The notes below the pieces were generated by a model, which ran no database searches, was not told where the DNA came from, and saw only the letters and a program-made list of their open reading frames with translations. Below, one piece after another: positions 48,874 through 56,869 of a DNA stretch of 64,000 bases. How positions within the stretch are numbered: position 1 is the first letter of the stretch; each line of letters starts with the position of its first letter. Position numbers and translations under genes: made by a program. Where the stretch lies: positions 3,878-67,877 of the forward strand of contig CANGUP010000001.1 in NCBI GenBank assembly GCA_947457105.1, in the 5' to 3' direction. The DNA comes from Flavobacteriaceae bacterium (lineage in GTDB: Bacteria > Bacteroidota > Bacteroidia > Flavobacteriales > Flavobacteriaceae).

Positions 48874-48902
48874 AACCTTTTCCGTAAAACGAAAAGGTTT
48901 TT
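48874..48902 (+). terminator. Rho-independent terminator after the E2 gene
   Basis: AACCTTTTC (48874-48882) pairs with GAAAAGGTT (48891-48899), followed by a T-run. Confidence 0.75.
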
Positions 48903-48982
48903 GCATTTAAATACACGAGAAATTTCAAATAATCGATAAACGGTAAGTACAAAATTTTATATTTGTCACATAAATTTTACAA

Positions 48983-49753
48983 ATGGAATTAAAATTAAAT
49001 AGACCAATTTGCTTTTTCGACCTCGAAACCACAGGAATAGATGTTGCAAGAGATAGAATTGTAGAAATCTCAATCTTCAAAGTATATCCTAACGGAAATA
49101 AAGAAAGCAAGACATGGTTAGTAAATCCAACAATTCCAATTCCGCCACAAACAACTGCTGTTCATGGTATAACCAACGAAAAAGTTGCTAATGAGCCAAC
49201 GTTTAAAGAACTAGCATCACAAGTTCATAATATGATTAAGGATTCTGATTTGGCTGGATTTAATTCAGATAGATTTGATATTCCACTTTTAGCCGAAGAA
49301 TTACTTCGTGCTGAAGTAGATTTTGATATGAAAAATAGAGTTTCGGTAGATGTTCAAACTATTTTTCACAAAAAAGAAGAACGTACTTTAAGCGCAGCTT
49401 TGAAGTTTTATTGTGGAACAAATTTAGAAAACGCTCATTCTGCAGAAGCAGATACTATGGCAACTTATGAAATTCTAAAAGCACAATTAGATAGATACGA
49501 CGATTTAGACAACGATATGAAATGGTTGTCCGAATTCACAACTCGTAAAAAATCAGTTGACTTTGCTGGTTTTATTGCTCTAAATAACGAAGGAAAAGAA
49601 ATTTTCACATTCGGAAAAAACAAAGGTCAATTAGTAGAAGAAGTGCTTGAAAAAGAACCTGGTTACTATGGTTGGATTCAAGGTGCTGATTTTCCTCTTT
49701 ACACTAAAAAAGTATTGACAGGAATTAAATTAAGAAAACTAAATACAAAATAA
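48983..49753 (+). CDS. DEDDh 3'-5' exonuclease domain protein (DnaQ-like) with a C-terminal extension
   Basis: 256 aa. FFDLETTG, NSDRFDIPLL and HSAEADT motifs. Confidence 0.85.
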   Translation: MELKLNRPICFFDLETTGIDVARDRIVEISIFKVYPNGNKESKTWLVNPTIPIPPQTTAVHGITNEKVANEPTFKELASQVHNMIKDSDLAGFNSDRFDIPLLAEELLRAEVDFDMKNRVSVDVQTIFHKKEERTLSAALKFYCGTNLENAHSAEADTMATYEILKAQLDRYDDLDNDMKWLSEFTTRKKSVDFAGFIALNNEGKEIFTFGKNKGQLVEEVLEKEPGYYGWIQGADFPLYTKKVLTGIKLRKLNTK

Positions 49754-49811
49754 GTTTTCAGTCTCAGTTTGCGGTTTGCAGACTGAAAACTGAAAACTGC
49801 GACTGAAAACT
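49753..49811. repeat. 11-bp hairpin plus ACTGAAA heptamer array filling the exonuclease-FAH spacer
   Basis: AGTTTTCAGTC (49753-49763) pairs with GACTGAAAACT (49781-49791). ACTGAAA units start at 49782, 49789 and 49802, with an ACTGCG variant at 49796. Confidence 0.65.
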
Positions 49812-50423
49812 ATGAAAATAATCTGCATCGGAAGAAATTACTTTAAACACATCGAGGAACTTCAAAATGAACGTCCAGATGAACCTGTAGTTTTCTTAAA
49901 ACCTGATTCTGCAATTTTGTTAAAACAACATCCTTTTGTAATTCCAGAGTTTAGTGATGATGTGCACCATGAAGTTGAAGTTTTGGTTAAAATAAATAAA
50001 GTTGGAAAATATATAGATGCAAAATTTGCTCATAATTATTACGATGAAATCGGATTAGGAATCGATTTTACAGCAAGAGATTTGCAAGCTAAGCTTAAAG
50101 AAAAAGGTTTGCCTTGGGAAAAATCTAAAGCTTTTGACGGTTCAGCGGTAATTGGTGAATTTTACCCGAAAAATGAGTTTATTTCATTAGAAAATATTAA
50201 CTTTGAGTTACATAGCAATGGAAATGTAGTTCAAAAAGGAAATTCGAGTCACATGATTTGGAAAATAGATGAACTTATTTCACACGTTTCTCAATATTTT
50301 ACATTAAAAAAAGGCGATATCATTTTTACAGGAACTCCAGAAGGTGTAAGTGCTGTAAAACCAAACGATATATTAGAAGGATTCATAGAAAATAAAAAAT
50401 CATTTAGAATACAAATTAAATAA
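49812..50423 (+). CDS. fumarylacetoacetate hydrolase (FAH) family protein
   Basis: 203 aa. MKIICIGRNYFKHIEEL...HHEVE...GDIIFTGTPEGV motifs. Confidence 0.88.
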   Translation: MKIICIGRNYFKHIEELQNERPDEPVVFLKPDSAILLKQHPFVIPEFSDDVHHEVEVLVKINKVGKYIDAKFAHNYYDEIGLGIDFTARDLQAKLKEKGLPWEKSKAFDGSAVIGEFYPKNEFISLENINFELHSNGNVVQKGNSSHMIWKIDELISHVSQYFTLKKGDIIFTGTPEGVSAVKPNDILEGFIENKKSFRIQIK

Positions 50424-50767
50424 TGGCAATAAATTATAACCTCTCAAAAGTTTATGCTCTTTCGGATAATGATCCGGAATTTGTAATGCAAATTATCTCA
50501 CTTTTTGTAACCGAAGTTCCTCAAGATTTGAAGCAAATAGAGCAAGGTATTAAAGATAAAGATCACAAGCAAGCTTATGCTTATGCACACAAGATTAAGC
50601 CAACTCTAGACTTATTAGGGATGACTATGGCATACGAAGAAATACTTCAAGTTGAAGCTTGGACAAGAGCAGAAGGTAAAAAGAAAGAAATTGAAGCAAC
50701 TTTTGAAAGCATTCAAGATCATGTTGATAAGGCAATAAAAGAAATCAAAAAAGATTTCGAAATATAA
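50423..50767 (+). CDS. Hpt (histidine phosphotransfer) domain protein
   Basis: 114 aa. AHKIKPTLDLLGM contains the phospho-accepting His context. TAATG overlap with the FAH gene. Confidence 0.7.
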   Translation: MAINYNLSKVYALSDNDPEFVMQIISLFVTEVPQDLKQIEQGIKDKDHKQAYAYAHKIKPTLDLLGMTMAYEEILQVEAWTRAEGKKKEIEATFESIQDHVDKAIKEIKKDFEI

Positions 50768-50773
50768 TAGTTA

Positions 50774-50917
50774 GAAGCGAATGGCTCGGGATTTATCTGC
50801 AAGCCTTTTTCCAGCTTTACGCAGAATCTTTTATTTTGTTGCCTACGAGAGTATTTCGAAAGACTCAACAAGACACCTTAGGTAACAAAATAAAAGGATA
50901 CATACTCCAATCTGGGC
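50774..50917. repeat. mosaic intergenic element, copy C, with a nested 16-bp hairpin
   Basis: The element reads GAAGCGAATGG, GGGATTTATCTGCAAGCC, CCAGCTTTACGC, then the hairpin, then ACTCCAATC. The hairpin pairs CTTTTATTTTGTTGCC (50828-50843) with GGTAACAAAATAAAAG (50881-50896). Confidence 0.6.
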
Positions 50918-51041
50918 TAAGTAGCATTTCATTTTTTTATTTGTACTATCTTTGCTAATCAAATCAATAATCGAAATCAATATTTTTTGATATGATCGAA
51001 ATAACTGCATTAGATAGTTAAAAACAAATACTAAACTTCAA

Positions 51042-52292
51042 ATGAAAGCAGCCATAGTTACCATAGGTGACGAAATCCTAATAGGACAAATCATCGATAC
51101 CAATTCAGGATACATCGCAAAAGCATTAGATAAAATTGGAGTTCAAACCCACGAACTACTATCAATAAGTGATGATAAGCAACACATTTTAGACACTTTT
51201 AAGTCGCTACAAAACAAAGTAGATTTTGTTGTTATTACTGGAGGATTAGGCCCAACAAAAGATGACATCACAAAGCATACATTTTGTGAATACTTCAACG
51301 ATACATTAGTTGTAAATAAAGAAGTTGAATCGCATGTTATTGAATTGATTGAATCGGTAATGAAACGTCCAGCCTCTCAGATGAACAAAGATCAAGCACT
51401 TGTTCCATCAAAATGCGAGGTTCTTTTCAATAAAGTCGGAACTGCGCCAGGTATGTGGATGAAAAAAGAAAATACAGTCTTTATTTCGCTTCCAGGCGTT
51501 CCTTATGAAATGAAATATATTGTCGAAAACGAAATCATTCCTAAAATAGTAAAAGAGTACCAACGACCTTACATTTTACATAAAACGATAATGACCTATG
51601 GACAAGGCGAAAGTCTTGTAGCTGAGCGAATTGAAAGCTGGGAAAACAATTTGCCAGATTTTGTAAAATTAGCTTATTTACCTGCTCCAGGAAGAGTTCG
51701 TTTGCGTTTAACAGCTCGTGGAACTGAGAAAGAAATTCTCGAAAAATCAATCAATGAAAATGTAACTTCGTTAGCCAAATTAATAGGAGATATTATTGTA
51801 GGATTTGATGAAGACGAAACTATTGAAGTCGTTTTAGGAAGATTGTTAACGCAACAAAACAAAACAATAGCAACAGCTGAAAGTTGTACTGGAGGAAAAA
51901 TTGCACAAGTTTTGACATCAGTTTCAGGTGCTTCAAACTATTTTAGAGGAAGTGTTGTTTCTTATGCAACTGATACAAAAGTTTCAGTTTTAGGGGTTTC
52001 CGAGGAAACAATAAAAAAATACACGGTTGTTAGTGCACAAGTTGCAAAAGAAATGGCGCTTGGAATTCAAAAATTAATGAAAACAGACTACGCAATTGCA
52101 ACAACTGGAAACGCTGGACCATCAAAAGGCGATGCTGATGCAGAGGTTGGAACTGTTTTTTTAGCTTTAGCTACACTAAGTGAAGTAATAGTTGAAGAAT
52201 TTAATTTTGGTCAACCACGTGAGAAAGTGATAGATAGAGCAGTAAATAAAGCATTTGAAATGTTGCAAAAAGAAATTTTAAAAAATCTGTAA
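51042..52292 (+). CDS. cinA: CinA family protein (competence/damage-inducible; NMN deamidase-related)
   Basis: 416 aa. N-terminal MoCF-binding domain ([28 protein letters not shown]) and a C-terminal CinA domain (ATAESCTGG). Confidence 0.9.
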   Translation: MKAAIVTIGDEILIGQIIDTNSGYIAKALDKIGVQTHELLSISDDKQHILDTFKSLQNKVDFVVITGGLGPTKDDITKHTFCEYFNDTLVVNKEVESHVIELIESVMKRPASQMNKDQALVPSKCEVLFNKVGTAPGMWMKKENTVFISLPGVPYEMKYIVENEIIPKIVKEYQRPYILHKTIMTYGQGESLVAERIESWENNLPDFVKLAYLPAPGRVRLRLTARGTEKEILEKSINENVTSLAKLIGDIIVGFDEDETIEVVLGRLLTQQNKTIATAESCTGGKIAQVLTSVSGASNYFRGSVVSYATDTKVSVLGVSEETIKKYTVVSAQVAKEMALGIQKLMKTDYAIATTGNAGPSKGDADAEVGTVFLALATLSEVIVEEFNFGQPREKVIDRAVNKAFEMLQKEILKNL

Positions 52293-52366
52293 TATTTTTT
52301 TGTGTATAAGGTTTCTTTTTTGTTTCTTTGCACCCTCGATTTGAATAACGATAAAAGATAAGCATA

Positions 52367-52603
52367 ATGTCAAGAGTTTGTGACCTTACAGGTAAAAGAG
52401 CGATGGTAGGAAATAATGTTTCTCACGCAATGAACAAAACTAAGAGAAAATTTTCTGTGAACTTAGTTAAAAAACGTTTCTATCTTGCTGAAGAAGACAG
52501 ATGGGTTACTTTAAGAGTAGCTGCTTCTACAATTAAAACAATCAATAAAAATGGATTAGCTGCTGTGTTAAAAACAGCTAAAGCTAATGGTTTTATTAAA
52601 TAA
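52367..52603 (+). CDS. rpmB: 50S ribosomal protein L28
   Basis: 78 aa. [27 protein letters not shown]. Confidence 0.95.
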   Translation: MSRVCDLTGKRAMVGNNVSHAMNKTKRKFSVNLVKKRFYLAEEDRWVTLRVAASTIKTINKNGLAAVLKTAKANGFIK

Positions 52604-52630
52604 TTCCTTATCCAATAAAAATAAAGCAAG

Positions 52631-52813
52631 ATGGCAAAGAAAGGTAATAGAATTCAAGTAATTTTAGAGTGTACTGAGCACAAAGGAACAGGTCTTCCTG
52701 GAACTTCACGTTACATTACAAACAAAAACAAAAAAAATACTCCAGACAGATTAGAGATTAAAAAATTTAATCCAATCTTAAAGAGAATGACTGTTCATAA
52801 AGAAATTAAATAA
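52631..52813 (+). CDS. rpmG: 50S ribosomal protein L33
   Basis: 60 aa. [18 protein letters not shown]...[22 protein letters not shown]. Confidence 0.95.
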   Translation: MAKKGNRIQVILECTEHKGTGLPGTSRYITNKNKKNTPDRLEIKKFNPILKRMTVHKEIK

Positions 52814-52884
52814 TTAGAGATTTAAAATAAATCTCAAATGATTTCATTAGAGATTTATTTCAAATTAAAATACACATTTTAATC

Positions 52885-53037
52885 ATGGCAAAGAAAACCG
52901 TTGCAACGTTACAAACAGCTTCTAAGAGATTAACAAAAGCTATCAAAATGGTAAAATCTCCTAAAACAGGTGCTTATACTTTTGTTGAAAGCATTATGAC
53001 TCCAGAAGAAGTGGATGCTTTCTTATCAAAGAAATAA
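52885..53037 (+). CDS. DUF4295 small protein (conserved partner of rpmB-rpmG in Bacteroidota)
   Basis: 50-aa ORF below the track cutoff, hand-translated: MAKKTVATLQTASKRLTKAIKMVKSPKTGAYTFVESIMTPEEVDAFLSKK. Confidence 0.75.
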   Translation: MAKKTVATLQTASKRLTKAIKMVKSPKTGAYTFVESIMTPEEVDAFLSKK

Positions 53038-53057
53038 TTCCTAATTAAATATATATC

Positions 53058-53088
53058 AAAGCTACTTTCGTATGGAAGTAGCTTTTTT
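53058..53088 (+). terminator. Rho-independent terminator after the rpmB-rpmG-DUF4295 unit
   Basis: GCTACTTTC (53061-53069) pairs with GGAAGTAGC (53074-53082), with A/T extension and a T6 run. Confidence 0.75.
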
Positions 53089-53169
53089 ATTTTTATATTT
53101 GTCTCTAATTTTATAAATAAGGACTAAATTTTTTCTATAATCCTTATTTTTAATACATAAATTGAAGAA

Positions 53170-54123
53170 ATGAGTTTTTTTAAAAGAATATTTTCATCAG
53201 AAAAAAAAGAAACACTTGATAAAGGTTTGGAAAAAACAAAAACAACGTTTTTTTCTAAATTAACTAAAGCTATTGCTGGTAAATCTAAAGTTGATGATGA
53301 GGTTTTAGATAACCTTGAAGAGATTTTGGTATCATCAGATGTTGGTGTTGAAACTACATTAAAAATCATAAAAAGAATTGAAACAAGAGTTTCTAATGAT
53401 AAGTACCTTGGAACTGAAGAGTTAAATCAAATTCTTCGTGAAGAAATTGCTTCATTATTGTCTGAAACAAAATCTGGAGAAGAATCTGAATTTAAAATTC
53501 CAGCTAATAAAAAACCTTATGTAATTATGGTTGTAGGAGTTAATGGAGTAGGAAAAACAACAACTATTGGTAAATTGGCTTTTCAGTTTAAAAAAGCAGG
53601 TTATAAGGTTGTTCTTGGCGCTGCTGATACCTTTCGTGCCGCAGCAATTGACCAATTGCAAATTTGGGCTGATAGAGTAGGTGTGCCAATCGTTAAACAA
53701 CAAATGGGTAGCGATCCTGCGTCTGTAGCTTTTGATACTTTGCAAAGTGCTGTAGCTCAAAATGCAGATGTTGTAATCATTGATACTGCTGGACGTTTGC
53801 ATAACAAAGTTGGTTTAATGAACGAACTTTCTAAAGTTAAAAAAGTAATGCAGAAAGTGGTTGAAGAAACACCAAACGATGTGCTTTTAGTTTTAGATGG
53901 TTCTACTGGGCAAAATGCATTTGAACAAGCCAAACAATTTACTGCAGCAACTGAAGTTACTTGTTTAGCTGTAACAAAACTAGACGGAACTGCAAAAGGT
54001 GGTGTTGTTATAGGTATTTCTGATCAATTTCAAATTCCTGTAAAATATATTGGTGTCGGTGAAGGAATAGAAGATTTACAAGTTTTTAATAAATATGAAT
54101 TTGTAGATAGCTTTTTTAAATAA
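53170..54123 (+). CDS. ftsY: signal recognition particle receptor FtsY
   Basis: 317 aa. GVNGVGKTTT, DTAGRL and TKLDGTAKGG motifs. A TATATTTG box lies at 53094-53101 upstream. Confidence 0.95.
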   Translation: MSFFKRIFSSEKKETLDKGLEKTKTTFFSKLTKAIAGKSKVDDEVLDNLEEILVSSDVGVETTLKIIKRIETRVSNDKYLGTEELNQILREEIASLLSETKSGEESEFKIPANKKPYVIMVVGVNGVGKTTTIGKLAFQFKKAGYKVVLGAADTFRAAAIDQLQIWADRVGVPIVKQQMGSDPASVAFDTLQSAVAQNADVVIIDTAGRLHNKVGLMNELSKVKKVMQKVVEETPNDVLLVLDGSTGQNAFEQAKQFTAATEVTCLAVTKLDGTAKGGVVIGISDQFQIPVKYIGVGEGIEDLQVFNKYEFVDSFFK

Positions 54124-54149
54124 TTGCTTAAAAATCAAATTTTGCATAT

Positions 54150-54338
54150 ATGAATAAAATTGTATCTTTTTTTAAAACATCCTCTCCGATAATTTTGATT
54201 TTAATTTGTTTCGGATTAGGAGTTTTAGCAAAACTTATAGAACTGAAATTCTCTGATGTAGCAATGGGCTTACAGCTTATAACTTTTATATTATTTGTGT
54301 ATGCTTTGAAAAGAATATTTGATAAAATATTTAAATAA
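54150..54338 (+). CDS. hypothetical small membrane protein
   Basis: 62 aa with two hydrophobic helices. Confidence 0.45.
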   Translation: MNKIVSFFKTSSPIILILICFGLGVLAKLIELKFSDVAMGLQLITFILFVYALKRIFDKIFK

Positions 54339-54341
54339 AAG

Positions 54342-54376
54342 ATAAGCGCTTTATTGATATAAAGCGCTTATTTTTT
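54342..54376. terminator. 13-bp perfect hairpin terminator overlapping the 3' end of the convergent hydrolase gene
   Basis: ATAAGCGCTTTAT (54342-54354) pairs with ATAAAGCGCTTAT (54359-54371), followed by T5. Confidence 0.75.
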
Positions 54377-55421
54377 GCCAAAGAACATCATCAAAATCAG
54401 ACAATGCCATATTTACTGTGTCTGCAGCATCTCCCATTCGAATGATTACCATTTTTTTACTTGGTATAACATAAATTTTTTGATCATCTTTGCCCAAGGC
54501 ACAATACATATCACTTGGAGCACTCGGAATTATACTTCCATTAAATTGAAATTGTGTTTGTGGCAAACGATAAGAAGACTTTCCATTTAGCCACCACATA
54601 TATCCGTAGGATTGATTTATGTTTTGTGATGTACTTGTAGCGTTATTGAAGAATGTTTCATTTACGACTTGATTGTCATTCCATTTTCCTTTATTTAAAG
54701 CCATTAATCCAAAACGAGCCATATTTCTTGAAGTACTCCAATATACACTAAGTCCATCACCAGAATTTATCCAAGCTCCTCCTGTCATGCCAAGTTTATC
54801 TCTTAGTTTTGTGTTAAAGTAGTTAGTCCAAGTTTGTCCGCTTGCCTGGGAAACAACACCTTGAAGTTTTACATAAACATTATGATAGGCCCAACGTGTA
54901 CCTGCATCTGCAACATACTGAAGATTTGCTGGTGAGACGTTATCTCCAAGCGTCTCGTTTAATCCAGAATTCATTGATAATAGATTTTTGCAAGTTATTA
55001 GATTTTCTTTTGCTAATGGAGCGCTTGTCCAACCTATTCCTAAATAATCAGATACTTTGTTGTTGATGTTGATTAATCCTTCTTGTTCGGCAATTCCTGT
55101 GACAGTTGTTGTTAATGTTTTACCTGCACTTGCCCAATACCATGGAGTTGTAGCAGAATGTCCGTTGAAATAATTTTCTAAAACGATTCTTCCATTTACC
55201 AATATTATAAATGATTTGGAATGCTTTAATTGTAAATAATCTAATAAAGGTTGAACCGCACTTTGATTCCAACCTAAAGAAGAAATTGACTTTGTTTCCC
55301 AAGTATTACTTCCATTATTTGGAGGAAAATACATAGTTTCTTCAGGAGTACTTGTATTTTCATCGGAACTACAACTGAAAATAAATAAAGAAAGCGCAAA
55401 AAGAGTAATGTATTTTTTCAT
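54351..55421 (-). CDS. serine hydrolase (beta-lactamase/transpeptidase-like) lipoprotein
   Basis: 356 aa. Lipobox LFIFSCSS and SxxK motif (WASAGKT). Confidence 0.8.
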   Translation of the reverse strand: MKKYITLFALSLFIFSCSSDENTSTPEETMYFPPNNGSNTWETKSISSLGWNQSAVQPLLDYLQLKHSKSFIILVNGRIVLENYFNGHSATTPWYWASAGKTLTTTVTGIAEQEGLININNKVSDYLGIGWTSAPLAKENLITCKNLLSMNSGLNETLGDNVSPANLQYVADAGTRWAYHNVYVKLQGVVSQASGQTWTNYFNTKLRDKLGMTGGAWINSGDGLSVYWSTSRNMARFGLMALNKGKWNDNQVVNETFFNNATSTSQNINQSYGYMWWLNGKSSYRLPQTQFQFNGSIIPSAPSDMYCALGKDDQKIYVIPSKKMVIIRMGDAADTVNMALSDFDDVLWQKISALYQ

Positions 55422-55525
55422 AATTGGTAGGTTTTCAATTAAGACAATAGATTTTCAAAAAGGTTTAATCAAAAATACTTTTTTATTATTTAAAATATGT
55501 TGTAATTTTATGTTTTATTAAAATT

Positions 55526-55945
55526 ATGAAAAATACAATTACACTTTTTCTATCGTTATTGCTTTTAGTTTCTTGTAATCAGTCTATTACAGATAAAGAT
55601 ATTGCTAAATTAAATGGCTACTGGGAAATAAAAAAGGTTATTTTAAAAGACGGTGAGAAGAAAGATTACAAAATCAATGAAACAATTGATTATTTTCAGT
55701 TGCAAGAGAAAAAGGGTTTTCGTCAAAAAGTAATGCCACAACTTGATGGAACATACAAAACCAACAACTTGAAAGAAGAGATTTTAATATCTAATGAAAA
55801 CGGTAGTTTTTTTGTTAATTACACTACAAGTTATGGTAAATGGAAAGAGGAAATAATTGAGATTCAAGATTCTGTTTTAGTTCTTAAAAATAAAGATGAT
55901 TTAGAATATAACTATAAACGATATCAACCTTTTTCTTTAAAGTAA
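55526..55945 (+). CDS. hypothetical lipoprotein
   Basis: 139 aa. Lipobox LLLVSCNQ. Confidence 0.6.
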   Translation: MKNTITLFLSLLLLVSCNQSITDKDIAKLNGYWEIKKVILKDGEKKDYKINETIDYFQLQEKKGFRQKVMPQLDGTYKTNNLKEEILISNENGSFFVNYTTSYGKWKEEIIEIQDSVLVLKNKDDLEYNYKRYQPFSLK

Positions 55946-55996
55946 TAGAATAATTATAGATTCGGATCGAAAGATACTGAAATAAATTCAGCATTT

Positions 55997-56293
55997 ATGG
56001 CAAAAAGAACAAGCAACGAAAGTTCTATTTCAGAGGTTTTGCAACAGTTTATTCAAGTTAATAAACTAGAAGCTGGTATGGATAAAATTGATGTAGAACA
56101 AGCTTGGAAATCACTTATGGGAAATGGTGTAAATAGTTATACACAGGAAGTGATTTTAAAAGGAAGCACTCTATATGTCAAATTAACTTCGGCTGTTTTA
56201 AGAGAAGAATTGAGTTATGGAAAGCAAAAAATAATTGCTATGCTCAATGAAGAACTTCGAAAAGAAATTGTAAAAGATTTAATCTTAAGATAA
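55997..56293 (+). CDS. DUF721 domain-containing protein
   Basis: 98 aa. Family recalled from ISEVLQQFI...AWKSLMG...LYVKLTSAVLREEL. Confidence 0.7.
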   Translation: MAKRTSNESSISEVLQQFIQVNKLEAGMDKIDVEQAWKSLMGNGVNSYTQEVILKGSTLYVKLTSAVLREELSYGKQKIIAMLNEELRKEIVKDLILR

Positions 56294-56326
56294 AAAAATC
56301 CCGATTCAATTAAGGTTCGGGATTTT
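56292..56326. terminator. bidirectional hairpin terminator between the DUF721 gene and ndk
   Basis: AATCCCGA (56297-56304) pairs with TCGGGATT (56317-56324), flanked by A7 and TT. Confidence 0.65.
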
Positions 56327-56368
56327 GTATTTTTATACAATTGGCATAACTGCAACTGCGACTGAACA

Positions 56369-56788
56369 CTAGAATTGCTCTCTTCCAGAAAAATGGAATG
56401 CACCTTCGATAGCAGCATTTTCATCAGAATCTGAACCGTGAACTGCATTTTCTCCGATTGATGTAGCATATTTTTTACGGATTGTTCCTTCAGCAGCATC
56501 AGCTGGATTAGTAGCACCAATTAAAGTTCTAAAATCTTCAACAGCATTTTCTTTTTCTAAAATTGCAGCAACGATTGGACCTCTTGTCATGAATTCAACT
56601 AACTCACCAAAAAATGGTCTTGCAGCGTGAACAGCATAAAATGCTTGAGCATCAGCAATAGTTAATTGAGTTAATTTCAAAGAAACGATTTTGAAACCAC
56701 CTTCAGTAATCATATTTAAAATCCCACCGATGTGTCCGTTTTCAACAGCATCAGGCTTAATCATTGTAAATGTTCTATTTGTAGCCAT
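56369..56788 (-). CDS. ndk: nucleoside-diphosphate kinase
   Basis: 139 aa. [10 protein letters not shown] and NAVHGSDS (active-site His). Confidence 0.95.
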   Translation of the reverse strand: MATNRTFTMIKPDAVENGHIGGILNMITEGGFKIVSLKLTQLTIADAQAFYAVHAARPFFGELVEFMTRGPIVAAILEKENAVEDFRTLIGATNPADAAEGTIRKKYATSIGENAVHGSDSDENAAIEGAFHFSGREQF

Positions 56789-56828
56789 TTTTATTTTAAT
56801 TTATTTGTTTTTTGTTTCAATTTGGGTG

Positions 56829-56858
56829 CAAAAGTAGTGTTTTTTTGAAGAATTACAA
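56829..56858 (-). promoter_or_regulatory. candidate promoter TTG-N19-TACTTTTG for ndk
   Basis: On the minus strand, TACTTTTG lies at 56836-56829 and TTG at 56858-56856. The -7 box is 40 nt upstream of the ATG. Confidence 0.5.
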
Positions 56859-56869
56859 GAAAATATCGT

